Shown: positions 50,323 through 62,679 of the stretch, piece by piece
Layout: each line of letters begins with the position of its first letter
How positions within the stretch are numbered: the first letter of the stretch is position 1
Position numbers and translations under genes: made by a program
Source: Eledone cirrhosa
Taxonomy: Eukaryota
Direction of reading: 5' to 3'
Length of the DNA stretch: 64,000 nt
Assembly (NCBI GenBank): GCA_964016885.1
Contig: OZ024742.1
Location: forward strand, 252,526,001 to 252,590,000
Notes under the pieces: model-generated
What the model saw: the letters and a program-made list of their open reading frames with translations, nothing else
What the model was told of the DNA's origin: nothing
Databases searched by the model: none

Positions 50323-50863
50323 TAAATTCAAGTATCACAGAATACGATTATAATATAATTTGCACTGTATCAGAAAGGTACAATATGTGTAAACAGAAAT
50401 GAATGGTGCGTGTACAGATGCTGGACTCACTATGAATGCGTGTGTGCGGCGTATCAGTATATTTACTTATTTGTATTGCAGGAGTCAGCAATCAGCCAGG
50501 AAGGTGAGAATAAGTGGCAGACTGGTTTTTCGTGACGAGAGCTTGTAAATGCGACTTGTCTTGTCTGTATATCACTTCTTTCAGTCGGGGCGTAAACAAC
50601 CCCTGTATTTATAAGAGTTGAAGTTAGAAGGATAGATATATCCTCTGAACTTTGGTTAGTCTCCCAAAGGATTAGTTTGCCAAGCGTAAACAAGTCAGAA
50701 AGATGGATATATCCTCTGACCTATTTTCTGTCAGGCGTAAACACCTCTGACCTGTGTTTAGCCTCTCCCAAGGGGTTAGTCTCTTGAGCGTAAACAAGTT
50801 ACCATGGCTTGTCCCAGAGGCGGGAAAGCTCAGATTCGGTTTCGAATCTTCGCCACCGTTATA
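50323..50863 (-). repeat. 3' LTR, truncated by about 205 bp at its distal end
   Basis: Matches 55492-56030. Confidence 0.9.
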
Positions 50864-51449
50864 GTACCCCCTTCCAGTGAGAAAGCTAAGATTGAACGAT
50901 CTAGGTGCATGTGAAATGAAGATAGGTATGACTAGGTGTGTTGTTGAAGAAAATCAGTAAAAATAAAAAACACATGAAAGTCATTTACAAACAGGAGAAA
51001 TGAAAGAAAACATGCAAAGCAAAAGAAATTTACATGCAGGAAAATGTACTGTGATGTTACATAAAATTGAAAATGTTCGTACGAAAAGTTTGTTGATTAA
51101 AAGTTCGTTCATTTCATAGAAACGGAAAAATGTTCTTTTGTCTGTTCTTTTGATGTGGGTGATGCACAGAGTTAATTGATTTGTGTGTAGCAATAGTTCA
51201 TGACCACAGAAATTGGCCGATTCGTTGAAATGTACAAATTAGCCGAAATGTCGAGCAGATGCATAATTTGTACTTACCCGATAAACTTGTACGTATCGCG
51301 TGGGCCATCGGACTGTTGTTCCAGATTTGGTGTGTCGGGGTTGTGCAGAATTTGCCGTGCTTGTGTCGGGCAAAGTTGTTGATGAATCTGTTGGAGAAAC
51401 GGTGGGTACTGGTGGCAATTCCTGTTCTATGAACGCTTTTTTTAAACAA

Positions 51450-54400
51450 TCAATGGAGACGGTATTTCGTTTCCCGTTCAAGTCGAGGACGAACCTTATA
51501 GGGCCCGGAATACGGCGGACGAAGTTGCGATGGAATAGCGTCATTTCTAACGAAAACATGCGTCCATGTATCGATGTCTTTTGGTATGTGTGAAGTAACG
51601 TGCTGTTGTTTAGGGGCTGAAGGAGACAGATGCGACATCGATGACCGTAAACGGTGCACATATTTTGTAGGGTCTGGAAGTTCTTGTGGCGAAACAGGAG
51701 CGATCATTTGTCCGGGTAGAGTGAGTACGGTGCCATACAACATTTCAGCCGGAGAATGTCCGACTCCCTCCTTAACAGTGGAACGAATACCAAGAAGAAT
51801 GAGTGGGAGGTATTCGAACCAGTTAGTGGAGTCTTCGTAAGCCTTGATAGATGCTTTTAGCTGGCGGTGGAAGCGTTCTACCATGCCGTTAGCGGCAGGG
51901 TGATACGCTGTTGTACGGATGTGTTTGCACCCGAGGAAACGAGTCAGTTCGGTAAATAGGTGCGAATCGAACTGACGTCCTCTATCCGTAGTGATGGTCG
52001 CGGCTGTGCCGAAACGCGAAACCCAGTGAAACACTAGCGTTTTGGCGACAGTTTCCGCAGTAATATCCGTCAGGGGAAAAGCTTCTGGCCAGCGAGAAAA
52101 TCGGTCGACACAGGTGAGAAGATGAGTGTAGTTGTGAGAAGGAGGCAAAGGGCCAACGATGTCTATATGCACATGTTGGAACCGTGCATCAGGTGTTGCG
52201 AAAGAACCGATCGGGGCTTTGATGTGCCGGTGAATTTTCGCCTTCTGGCACGCGATACAGTTCCTAGCCCATTCGCGCGTGTCCTTGTTGATGTTGGGCC
52301 ACACAAAGCGGGCAACCATCAGTTTCTGCGTGGCACGGACGCCAGGATGTGCCAGAGAATGCAGTGCCGAGAAAACGTTGCGTCGATGTTTCCGGGGCAC
52401 GTATGGGCGCTCGTGGCCTGTGGAGATGTCGCACCAAATATAACCCGAAGAAGAGGGCAGCGGGCATTCCTTCAATTTCAAGGATGATTTCCGGAATTGC
52501 AGCAGTTCCTCGTCATTCTGTTGATCCGCTGCAATCCTCTGGAGGTCGATAGTCGCAGTGGTGTGGATTGCGTTAAGCTCCATGCGCGATAGGGCATCAG
52601 CTGCTGAGTTGGTGGCACCCTTAATGTACCGAATATCAGTAGTGTACTGAGAAATGAAGTCCAGATGTCGGACCTCCCTGGGTGAGTGTCGGTCAGGCTT
52701 GGCGTTGAACGCGTACACTAGTGTTTTGTGGTCGGTGTATATAGAGAACACACGACCTTCTAGCATGTGTCGAAAATGCTTGACAGCAAGGTATGCTGCC
52801 AATAATTCACGACTGAATGTGCTGTACTTAGTTTCGGCGGGTTTTAATCTCTTAGAGAAAAAAGATACAGGTCGCCAAATATCGCCAGAGAGTTGTTGAA
52901 GCACACCTCCAACTCCGAAATCGGATGCATCAGTCAATAAACACATTGGGGCGTCAGGTTTGGTGTAACTCAGCATTGTAGCCTCGGACAACATTTTCTT
53001 CAACTCAGCGAAAGCGGTACATTCTTTTTCGCTGAGCTTGATGTTTGCGTTTATGGTTGTACGCTGCCGCACCAAATCTGTGAGTGGTTGGGCTGTCTCT
53101 GCACAGTGGGGTATAAATCTTCTGTAGAAGTTTACCAGACCAAGAAATTCTCGCAGTTTGCGGAGAGATGTAGGTTGTGGAAAATCAATGATGGATTTGA
53201 CTTTCTCCTTAAGTGGGCGAATAGCATCTTTGTCAATGATGTGTCCCAGAAAATGAAGAGACGCAACTCCGAACTCACATTTGCTGGGGTTGATAACAAT
53301 TCCGTATTCACGCAAATGTGTGAATAGGAGATCCAGGTGTTTCTCATGCTCTTCATCGGAGCTGCTGGCCACCAGTAAGTCGTCAATGTATGCGTATACA
53401 AAAGGTAGACCTCTGGTGACTGTATCGATGAATGGCTGGAATGTCTGCGCTGCATTTCGCAAACCGAAAGGCATACGCAGAAATTCGAACATTCCAAAGG
53501 GTGTTGTGACTGCGGTCTTTGGAATATCTGCGGGCTCAACGGGTATCTGATTGTAAGCTCGCACAAGATAGATCTTCGAAAATATGCGAGCCCCGTGCAG
53601 CGAGCTAGAGAAGTCCTGTAGATGAGGCACTGGATAAGAATCAGGAACGGTGCAGTTGTTCAGTGCACGGTAGTCGCCACAGATTCGCCAGTCGTTCGAC
53701 GACTTCTTGGGTACACAGTGTATGGGTGAGGACCAGTTGCTGCTGGACGGACGTATGATGCCGAGAACCAGCATGTGCTGAAATTCTTGTTTGACGGACT
53801 TCAGCCGGTCTGGTAGCCTTCTAGGTCGTGCAGCGACAGGTGGGCCGTGTGTTTTTATGTGGTGTGTGACGTCATGTTTTACAGAGCAAGCGTTGAATAG
53901 TGGTCGAGCTACGTCTGGGTATTTGTTGATGATGTGGTTGTGCCGGGTTGTTGTCGATCGTGAAATGACTGGATTGACTGTGGCTGTCCTAGCGGCTATG
54001 TCGCGCACAGCGAGACCAGTGGAGTTGTCAACGAGTCGTTGGTTTTTCAGATCCACTTGCAGCGAGAAGTGCTGAAGAAAATCAGCTCCTAAAATAGGGG
54101 TCGGCAGCTTAGCCACAACGAATACCCACTGGAAAGTGCGGCGTAGTCCCAAATTTAGTGTCAGGGACTGTTCTCCGTAGGTCGGAATATGTGAGTGATT
54201 CACCGCCTGGAGCCAGGCTGGTGTCTCTCTCCTTTTTCCAGGAACGCAGGAAACCGGGATGATGCTGACTTCAGCACCGGTGTCGACCAGGAAACGTGTG
54301 CCTGTGACGCGATCCTGAATGAAAAATAGGCGACTTTGGTTATGAGGGCCAGAAACGTCCGTCGCATTCAGTTTCTGGCTGTGTCGTTTCCCTGATTCGT

Positions 54401-54470
54401 TTTCGAAACAAATGAACAGGGATGGCTGCACTTTTGCGCTCGTCTCCCGAATCTTTGGTGGTACCAACAC
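51450..54470 (-). CDS. pol: Gypsy Pol (protease, RT, RNase H, integrase); likely expressed by -1 frameshift
   Basis: FLVDTGA, YIDD, TDASD, H..H..C..C, HIDIVG / TDRG / VERFH, GPY. Confidence 0.93.
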   Translation of the reverse strand: MLVPPKIRETSAKVQPSLFICFENESGKRHSQKLNATDVSGPHNQSRLFFIQDRVTGTRFLVDTGAEVSIIPVSCVPGKRRETPAWLQAVNHSHIPTYGEQSLTLNLGLRRTFQWVFVVAKLPTPILGADFLQHFSLQVDLKNQRLVDNSTGLAVRDIAARTATVNPVISRSTTTRHNHIINKYPDVARPLFNACSVKHDVTHHIKTHGPPVAARPRRLPDRLKSVKQEFQHMLVLGIIRPSSSNWSSPIHCVPKKSSNDWRICGDYRALNNCTVPDSYPVPHLQDFSSSLHGARIFSKIYLVRAYNQIPVEPADIPKTAVTTPFGMFEFLRMPFGLRNAAQTFQPFIDTVTRGLPFVYAYIDDLLVASSSDEEHEKHLDLLFTHLREYGIVINPSKCEFGVASLHFLGHIIDKDAIRPLKEKVKSIIDFPQPTSLRKLREFLGLVNFYRRFIPHCAETAQPLTDLVRQRTTINANIKLSEKECTAFAELKKMLSEATMLSYTKPDAPMCLLTDASDFGVGGVLQQLSGDIWRPVSFFSKRLKPAETKYSTFSRELLAAYLAVKHFRHMLEGRVFSIYTDHKTLVYAFNAKPDRHSPREVRHLDFISQYTTDIRYIKGATNSAADALSRMELNAIHTTATIDLQRIAADQQNDEELLQFRKSSLKLKECPLPSSSGYIWCDISTGHERPYVPRKHRRNVFSALHSLAHPGVRATQKLMVARFVWPNINKDTREWARNCIACQKAKIHRHIKAPIGSFATPDARFQHVHIDIVGPLPPSHNYTHLLTCVDRFSRWPEAFPLTDITAETVAKTLVFHWVSRFGTAATITTDRGRQFDSHLFTELTRFLGCKHIRTTAYHPAANGMVERFHRQLKASIKAYEDSTNWFEYLPLILLGIRSTVKEGVGHSPAEMLYGTVLTLPGQMIAPVSPQELPDPTKYVHRLRSSMSHLSPSAPKQQHVTSHIPKDIDTWTHVFVRNDAIPSQLRPPYSGPYKVRPRLERETKYRLH

Positions 54471-55213
54471 ATTTCTGGTGAATCCCGAGATGCGCTCGGA
54501 CTTCTTGAGCGACCACCAAATCGGCGAGTTCGACTGTTGGACCGACGCGTGGAAATGTTGCCCAGTGACAAGGCCTGAATTTGTTGCGTCAAGGCTTGTA
54601 TCTGTGTTGCCTGCTGTGCCAGTAACTGGTGTAGATCGGGCATCTCTGTGGAACTGGAGGGCTGAAGGAAAGGATTGGTAGAAGGCACGGCTGGCGTCAC
54701 ATTCGCTATTTTTTTAGTGTGGATGTGGTACCTCCATGATCTTATCTGCCAGCTCGGCGAGTTCTTCTATGGTGGTGGATTCCCTGGTGGATGCTAGTAC
54801 AACATGTGTGGCAGAAGGTAAACGCTGGAGGAAGAGTTGCTTGAAAATTTCACCCGGGAGTTTATGTTCACCCAGGAGCTGCTTCATTCGCCGTAGGAGT
54901 TGTGTCGGCTTTTTATCTCCTAATTCCTCCGATATGAGGAGCTGGTGCAAGCGCTTCTGCTGCGACTCCGACGTCCGCTTAACTAATGTTCTTTTAAATG
55001 TGTCATATGACACAGAGCCGGGTGGTGCTAAAATGAGGTCTCGCACCTCATTCATAATCTCCGGAGACATCGAACCGATGACATGTGTGAGGCGGGATGC
55101 CTCGCTAACGATCCGGTTCGATGCGAACTACGCTCCGATGTGCGCGAACCACCCAGAATGGTCGAATCCTTAATGTAAATGCCGCTCTGACTGCCATTTC
55201 TGCCGCTGATGAA
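54368..55213 (-). pseudogene. gag: Gypsy Gag, disrupted
   Basis: RPFW/WFA..., [45 protein letters not shown]; stops and frameshifts. Confidence 0.85.
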
Positions 55214-55286
55214 TCGTCGTGTGCAAGAGACATCGTTTGTAGTGGATGATCAGAAGGTTGTGTGTCTGTTTTACAGGGTCACCAGT

Positions 55287-56028
55287 TGTAACGGAATATT
55301 ATGTGTGGTTGTAACGATAAGTGGATGGATAGATGTAACTGTTAGTATGGTGGTTTCGATGTAAAGAAAAATACCAGGATTATGTTGTTACAAAGTTTAT
55401 TTTATTATAACAATATTCAATTTGAATATTGAATGATAAAATCAATAACACAAAATATTCATACAATAATTTGGTGGTTCTTCGAGCCACGTAAATTCAA
55501 GTATCACAGAATACGATTATAATATAATTTGTACTGTATCAGAAAGGTACAATATGTGTAAACAGAAATGAATGGTGCGTGTAAAAATACTGAACTCACT
55601 ATGAATGCGTGTGTGCGTATAAGTATATTTACTTATTTGTATTGCAGGAGTCAGCGATCAGCCAGGAAGGTGAGAATAAGTGGCAGACTGGTTTTTCGTG
55701 ACGAGAGCTTGTAAATGCGACTTGTCTTGTCTGTATATCACTTCTTTTCTGTCGGGGCGTAAACAACCCCTGTATTTATAAGAGTTGAAGTTAGAAGGAT
55801 AGATATATCCTCTGAACTTTGGTTAGTCTCCCAAGGGATTAGTTTGCCAAGCGTAAACAAGCCAGAAAGATGGATATATCCTCTGACCTATTTTCTGTCA
55901 GGCTTAAACACCTCTGACCTGTGTTTAGTCTCTCCCAAGGGGTTAGTCTCTTGAGCGTAAACAAGTTACCATGGCTTGTCCCAGAGGCGGGAAAGCTCAG
56001 ATTCGGTTTCGAATCTTCGCCGCCGTTA

Positions 56029-56030
<2 letters not shown>
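55287..56030 (-). repeat. 5' LTR (TATAACGG...CCGTTACA)
   Basis: Short terminal inverted repeats; followed by the PBS. Confidence 0.9.
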
Positions 56031-56049
<19 letters not shown>

Positions 56050-56070
<21 letters not shown>

Positions 56071-57950
56071 GAGAATCTAAATTATGTTAATTTTAAATCT
56101 AACCACCTCACTAACATTAAAAATGCTATAGTTAGTAATATTGGAAAAAGAATATCAAACCTATCATCTAATAAAAAATATCTTTGATGCTAACGCCAAT
56201 TACTATAATAGTGCGCTTTCTAAAGCCGGTTATCTTGATAAAATCAAATACAGTAAAGAAACCAATCCTAGAAGATCTTACAGTAAAATAATTAATTATG
56301 ATCATTCCAATAACATAAATAAAAGACCTAGATACAAAAATATAATCTGGTATAATGCTCTTTTCTCTATTTCTATTAATAATAATATTTCTAAATTATT
56401 CTTTAGTGCCTTAAATAAATGCTTCCCTCCCTCACATATCTATAGTAAAATATTTAACAAACATACAATAAAATTTTCCTATTCCACCTCCTCCAACATC
56501 TCCAACATTATCTCTAAACACAACAATAAAATATTAAATACTAAATCACTTCCTTCCAACACTGAATGTCATAATAATAGCAGTAGTACTCCCGACGTCA
56601 TTGTTAACTCTAGGCTAGTTTCTGAAAACTCAAATACGACGTCAAACGTAACTTCGTCAAATGTTCTTAATACCAATCTAAATCAGGAAACTATTATTCC
56701 TATCGTAAATAACTTCTCCAATCCAATTCCTCCTATAGATAACACTAGATCACTTGTTAATAACTCTGTTAATTTCTCTATTATTTATTATACATTATAT
56801 AATACTAGTTACTCATTCTATATCCTTCCTATTTATCAATTTCCTTTCTTCCTCTTTTCTTTTAATTTCTAACCTCTAATCTGTACTTTTTCTTCCTAAC
56901 TACTTCTCAATTCTTATTATTACTCACCACAACATATCCACTCTTCCATCTTTCTTCATATCAATAAAAATTATTATTACCTTTTAAATACTTTATAGCA
57001 TTACCTTTAAAAATCCTTCGTAAACATAAACATTTTTTTGACGTTAGATTATTCCTCCTCAGTTCATTATATTTTTCTCCCTTTCATGCTCGTCTGACTT
57101 TTACATATCACATATCACAATACATAAAAACAAACTTAAACCCTAACTAATCTCCTTTATTACATTATATTATTACCATTAGAAAATACTTCATAAACAT
57201 ATATATTTTGATGTTAGAGTCTTCTCTTCCTTAAACACTATTTTCTTCTTTGCTTTCTGCGCTCATTTGTAAACAAACTATTTACATATATTACGCATAC
57301 ATATTACATTACATAAAAACAAACTTAAACACTAACTAATTCCTCTAAATTCATAATTCATCCCCTCTTCTACTTCTTTTCACCTTATATCCTTAATAAC
57401 ATTAATATTTTTATTTTAATAATACATATTAACAATTTCTTTTCATCGCACATATTATTAAACCCTTCAATAGACAAACCTTAATTTAATATTATTCTTA
57501 ATTTTTTTTCTCTTCATCAACTTTTTATTTTCAAATTCTTTTAAATTATATGTTATCTTCCAACGGCTTTTTAACCTCTCTCTGTGAAACAATATATATT
57601 TTTTCTCAGTTATAAAGACTATCTCTCTCTTTCTATCGCCCACCTCTCCTCCTATCTCATCCTTCCTTATTATACTCCTCCTCCACCATTCTTTACTCTC
57701 ATCTCCTCCTCTTTTTCACCCTTTCCAACCCCCCAACCCCTCACTTTTTTCCCAATATCACACATCAATCATAAATTACTTTTCATATGTTGATTTAAAA
57801 CTTCACTATTCACAAGTGTTTTTTAACCTTCATATCATGTATCCCTATTTTATCTGACGAAAACGCAAATGTCATCTCATGATGATATTTGTTTTTGAAA
57901 TGCGCATAATAAAATGCATGGAACTCTTTTAACCATCTTTTGATCTTATA
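56050..57950 (+). mobile_element. Penelope-like element remnant (RT thumb/linker, pyrimidine-rich tail, hammerhead)
   Basis: YVNFKSNH...IGKRISNLSS, YYNSALSKAGY, IIWYNALFS, FPPSHIYSKIFNKHTIKFSYS, IISKHNNKIL. Confidence 0.75.
57847..57915 (+). ncRNA. Type I hammerhead ribozyme motif
   Basis: attttat CTGACGA aaac-gcaaatgtcatc/gatgatatttgt-tttt GAAA tgcgca TA ataaaat. Confidence 0.8.
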
Positions 57951-58354
57951 TTATATATATATATGTATGTATGTAAAAAAAAATTATCAGCAATTAAATG
58001 TATTAAACTAAGATTTTATTGTTTTATATTTTGTATCTCGGCTCTGTAATACATTTGAAAATTTACATTGAGCCTTTTCTCCTACCGGTAACTGGCTAGT
58101 ACTTAGTACTACCATCCATATTTATAATCATATATAAGTATAAATATTATTATTATTACTATGTATGTATAATATCTGCCCTACGTGTTTTCTTCCAACA
58201 AAAATCCATGCAAGATGTAAATATCCGTTGATATGAGATATTCGTTGATATCCGTTGATATGAGAACCCGTGGGGGTGATGTTATACAAATGAAATACGC
58301 ATAATAAAATGAATAGGGATGGGCAAATGATACCGTCTTTCTTGTTTATTATTA

Positions 58355-58465
58355 TAACCCGCCGAGGTTAACTTTGCCTTTCATCCTTATGGATCGATAA
58401 AATAAAGTACCAGTAATACACTGCGTAATTGCTGGCCTTGTGCCAAATTAGAAACAATTATTATA
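58355..58465 (+). mobile_element. SINE fragment (Nin/Deu-like central domain)
   Basis: actttgcctttcatcctt...gataaaataaagtaccag...tggccttgtgccaaattagaaac; related pieces at ~8845 and ~49330 (minus). Confidence 0.5.
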
Positions 58466-58844
58466 ATAAAACTCCGGATAAACATAAACTGTTGAGTGTT
58501 TGTCATCTCTTATGAAAGAGTCGGCAGATTTTCAATCACCCAACTTTCCTTAGTTGAATAAATATATGTATGTATATATATGTATATTTTCTTTAATATT
58601 GCAACATTAAAGGAATATACCCTTCTGAAAGAATCGCGAGCAATTTATAATGTTATTTAAGCATTGGTAATGTTATTTATGTATATATTTAAAACATATT
58701 TGCTATGTTATTCTACTGTAAATTTATGTATATGCTTTGTATATATTATATATACACAAATAATGAATCTGTATATTAAAATATCGTTTGTATTATTCAA
58801 TCAGTTTATTGAACAACTAGAATGCTCATCGTCAAGTACTTTAT

Positions 58845-58937
<93 letters not shown>

Positions 58938-59029
58938 AATCTATATATATGTATATATATGTATGTATATCTATATGTATATGTGTGTGTGTATGTATAT
59001 ATATGTGTGTATGTATGAATATATATGTA

Positions 59030-62000
59030 TATACATTCTTCTGGAAAGGAAGAGATGAAGGAACCAGAAGAGAGGCTGGGGTAGGATTTGCTGTTAAGAC
59101 TGTTCTTGTGAATAAATTAGAAGAATTCCCAGTAGGGATTAGTGAGCGTCTTATGTCCATGAGAATTCCGCTGGACAAAGGAAGATATGCGACCCTGGTG
59201 AGTGTGTATGCTCCAACTATGAATTCTGTCGATGAAGAAAAAGTGTCCTTTTACCATGCCTTGAAAGGTGTTTTAAGAAATATCCCTCAGGCAGACAAAG
59301 TCATCGTGCTTGGTGACTTTAATGCTAGAGTGGGTAGCGATTTTAACACATGGAATGTAATCGGAAGGCATGGGTGGGAAAGTGTAACAACAATGGTATG
59401 CTCCTGCTGCAGATGTGTGAGGAGCTGGATCTGTGTGTTACCAACACCATGTTCCAACAAAAGAACAAATTCAAGACCACATGGATGCATCCTGCATCTA
59501 AGGAATGGCATCTTTTGGACTACGTCCTAGTCAGGATGCGTGACAGACAGGATGTGCAGTGTGTTCATGCTCTTCGTGGAGCTGAGTGCTGGACGGACCA
59601 CCGCCTTGTACGCGCAAAAGTGAAACTAATCACTAAACGTAAAATCCGGGCTCCTGGTGTTGCCCTGCCCAAAAGATTGAACGCTGCTCGTCTTAAGGAT
59701 AAAAATGTGAAGAGGACATTGGAAGAAGAGATGCAGGCTGCAGATCTTCGTGAGGATTGGCCGACCCTTAAAAAGTCGGTTTATGATGTAGGCGTGTTCT
59801 GGGATTGGTGCAGAGAAAACATCAGGACTGGTTTAATGAGAATGATGCACATATAGAAGACTTGTTGGCTGATAAGAGGCGTGCTCTGTCACGCTACTTG
59901 ACGGCAAAACCACAGGAGAGGAATACGTTACATGAGGAACTCAAGGATGTAAAATCACGTGTTAGGCGGAGTCTTTCTCAGATGAAAGATCAGTGGTGGA
60001 GTGAGAAGGCTGGTGAGATACAAACTGCGTCAGATTCCAATAACACAAAGCTGTTGTACAGTCTCTTGCGTGAGGTTTATGGACCGTCTTCTTCTCTGGT
60101 GACACCGCTTCGCAGCAAGGATGGCAAAGAACTTCTTCGTGACTAACAAGGAATTCTACGAAGGTGGCGAGAGCACTTTGATGATCTTCTGAATCAGCCG
60201 TCTGTCGTCAGTGAAGATTTCCTCAATCTCATTCCAGAAAGTCCTGTGAAAGTAGCTCTCGCAGAACCTCCGACGCTTGTGGAGGTTGCAGTGGCTATCT
60301 CGAAGCTGAACAGTGGAAGGTCTCCAGGTATGGATGGCATACATGCTGAGCTCCTACAATATGGTGGTGAGAGACTCCTGCAGCATCTTCACTCTTTGTT
60401 TGGCAGGATATGGGCTAATGAATCCGTACCTGAGGACTGGAGAGATGCAGTAATGGTGGTCTTATACAAGGGAAAGGGTAACAGGAATGATTGTGGGAAC
60501 TACAGAGGTATATCATTGCTTTCTGTCGTAGGGAAAGTTTTATGTAGGGTGCTTCTGGACCGTCTGCTGACACACATTGCAGATTGTGTTCTTCCTGAAA
60601 GTCAATCTGGTTTTCGTGCTGGACGCGGCACTACTGATATGATCTTCTCAGCTAAACAGCTCCAGGAGAAGTGCATGGAACAAGGTTTGGATCTGTATCA
60701 GGTTTTTGTCGATCTGACAAAAGCTTTCGATACTGTTAACAGAGATGCATTATGGAAGGTTCTCCAGAAACTTGGTTGCCCTGATAAGTTCCTTGCTTTA
60801 GTTAGGTCTTTCCATGACGACATGAAGGCTTGGGTTAATGTCGGAGGTAACATGTCGGAGCCTATCTCATTAAAAAATGGAGTGAAACAGGGGGATATTC
60901 CAGCACCGACCCTGTTTGCCATATACTTTGCAATGGTTTTCTATATTGCATTCAGGAATTGCGAGCATGGTGTTTACATCCGATATCGAACCTCAGGCAG
61001 CATATTTAACATCAGGCGCTTTGCTGCAAAGACAAAAGTATTTACATCAATCATAAGAGACCTCTTGTATGCAGATGATTGCGATCTTGTAGCGCACACA
61101 GAGAGTGATATGCAGCACATTTTGAATGCATTTTCTAACGCTTGCACTGCCCTAGGATTGACTGTCAGTCTCAAGAAAACCGTCGTCATGTACCAACCTG
61201 CCCCTAGTAAGCAGTACACTGAACCAAATATCTATGTGTATGGTAAACGACTTGGAGTGGTTGATCAGTTTGTTTACCTGGGAAGCACTGTCAATCGACA
61301 CAGCAACCTTGACAGTGAAATCTCACTTAGGATTAGGAAAGCAAGTGATGCTTTCGGAAAGCTAGAAAGGCGACTCTGGGGTCGGCGAGACATATGCAGG
61401 AGGACAAAGGTAAAGGTGTACAAGGCATGTGTGCTCTATTGTCTTCTTTATGCCTGCGAGACCTGGGTCACATATGGACACCACCTTAAGCAATTGGAGC
61501 GTTTCCATCAGATGTGTCTCAGACGGATCCATGGCGTTCACTGGAGGGACCACATCAGTGATGTCGAGATTTTGGAAAGCTCTATGTGTGACAGTATAGA
61601 AGCTCTTGTGCTTAAGCAACGACTCCGTTGGAGTGGTCACCTTGCCAGGATGAAGGATTCTAGAATACCAAAACAACTCTTTTATGGAGAGTTGGTTAAA
61701 GGAAAACGACCTCCACATAAACCAAAAAAGAGGTATAAGGATTCCTTGAAAGCCTCTTTAAAAGACGCTAACATCTCTGCTGATACATGGGAAAATATTG
61801 CTGCTGATCGTAATAAATGGAGAAAGACTGTGTATGAGGGAAAAGTTGCCTTTGAGGCATCTCGAATCGCATACGAGAAAGTAAAGCGGGATGTGAGGAA
61901 GGGCAAAGCTGGACTCGAAAGTCATCTTCGCAGTCATAAAGTACGACCAGTGGTTGACTACCAGGCTGCTGTTGGAGATGCTACTCATCATGCTTGCCAA

Positions 62001-62460
62001 ACATGTGGTAGAGAATGTAAATCAGCAGGAGGGCTCAAGCGACATGCAAAAGTACATGAACTCCAACCACAGCCGGATATTCCCAGTGAATGTTTTGGTT
62101 GCCGACTCTGTGCAAGACATTTTAGATCATTGGCTGGGCTAAAAAGCCACATTCGATCGCAGCGCTGTTAGTTGCTATCGTGTGTGTGTGTGTGTATAGA
62201 TATCTTTATGTGTGCGCGTGTGTGTGTGTATATATATATATATATGTATATTATTATTGTTGTTATTATTATTATTATTGTTATTAATGTATATGTGTGT
62301 GTGTATATATATATGTGTATATATGTATATGTATGTGTGTATATATATATATATATATTTTTTTATTTTATTTTATTTTTTTTTTTATTTATCTATTAAT
62401 ACGTTTTTTCTCCTCGTGCAATGGCCATACTCGATAACGAGGGGGCAGCCATCATATGTA
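59030..62460 (+). mobile_element. RTE LINE with C-terminal C2H2 fingers, 5'-truncated, frameshifted
   Basis: YTFFWKG..GVGFAV, SVYAPT, GDFNARVG, LDYVLV, TDH; frameshifts near 59375, 59800 and 60145; tail at 62415-62455. Confidence 0.92.
60246..62171 (+). CDS. RTE reverse transcriptase portion plus C2H2-like fingers
   Basis: NYRGISLL, FVDLTKAFD, LLYADD, FVYLGS, CQTC..HAKVH, CRLC..SH. Confidence 0.85.
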   Translation: MKVALAEPPTLVEVAVAISKLNSGRSPGMDGIHAELLQYGGERLLQHLHSLFGRIWANESVPEDWRDAVMVVLYKGKGNRNDCGNYRGISLLSVVGKVLCRVLLDRLLTHIADCVLPESQSGFRAGRGTTDMIFSAKQLQEKCMEQGLDLYQVFVDLTKAFDTVNRDALWKVLQKLGCPDKFLALVRSFHDDMKAWVNVGGNMSEPISLKNGVKQGDIPAPTLFAIYFAMVFYIAFRNCEHGVYIRYRTSGSIFNIRRFAAKTKVFTSIIRDLLYADDCDLVAHTESDMQHILNAFSNACTALGLTVSLKKTVVMYQPAPSKQYTEPNIYVYGKRLGVVDQFVYLGSTVNRHSNLDSEISLRIRKASDAFGKLERRLWGRRDICRRTKVKVYKACVLYCLLYACETWVTYGHHLKQLERFHQMCLRRIHGVHWRDHISDVEILESSMCDSIEALVLKQRLRWSGHLARMKDSRIPKQLFYGELVKGKRPPHKPKKRYKDSLKASLKDANISADTWENIAADRNKWRKTVYEGKVAFEASRIAYEKVKRDVRKGKAGLESHLRSHKVRPVVDYQAAVGDATHHACQTCGRECKSAGGLKRHAKVHELQPQPDIPSECFGCRLCARHFRSLAGLKSHIRSQRC

Positions 62461-62679
62461 TATATATATATATATGAAGATAAATTAACGGAGCCATAGA
62501 GTCGCGTTATTCCCTGTAAATTATGTGCTCAAAGAGAAAGGAATCCTATACATATTGTATATGTATATATATATGTATATGTGTGTATGTATGTATATAT
62601 ATATATATGAATGTATATATATATATATGTATGTGTATATATATAGATGTAATCTGAATTTTATAGATGTAATCTGAAT

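Larger units (their letters stand above)
50323..56030 (-). mobile_element. Ty3/gypsy LTR retrotransposon, CsRn1 clade
   Basis: Two LTRs, PBS TGGTGACCC (tRNA-Trp-like) at ~55276-55284, PPT GGAAGGGGG at ~50867-50875, CHCC gag motif, PR-RT-RH-IN order. Confidence 0.95.
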
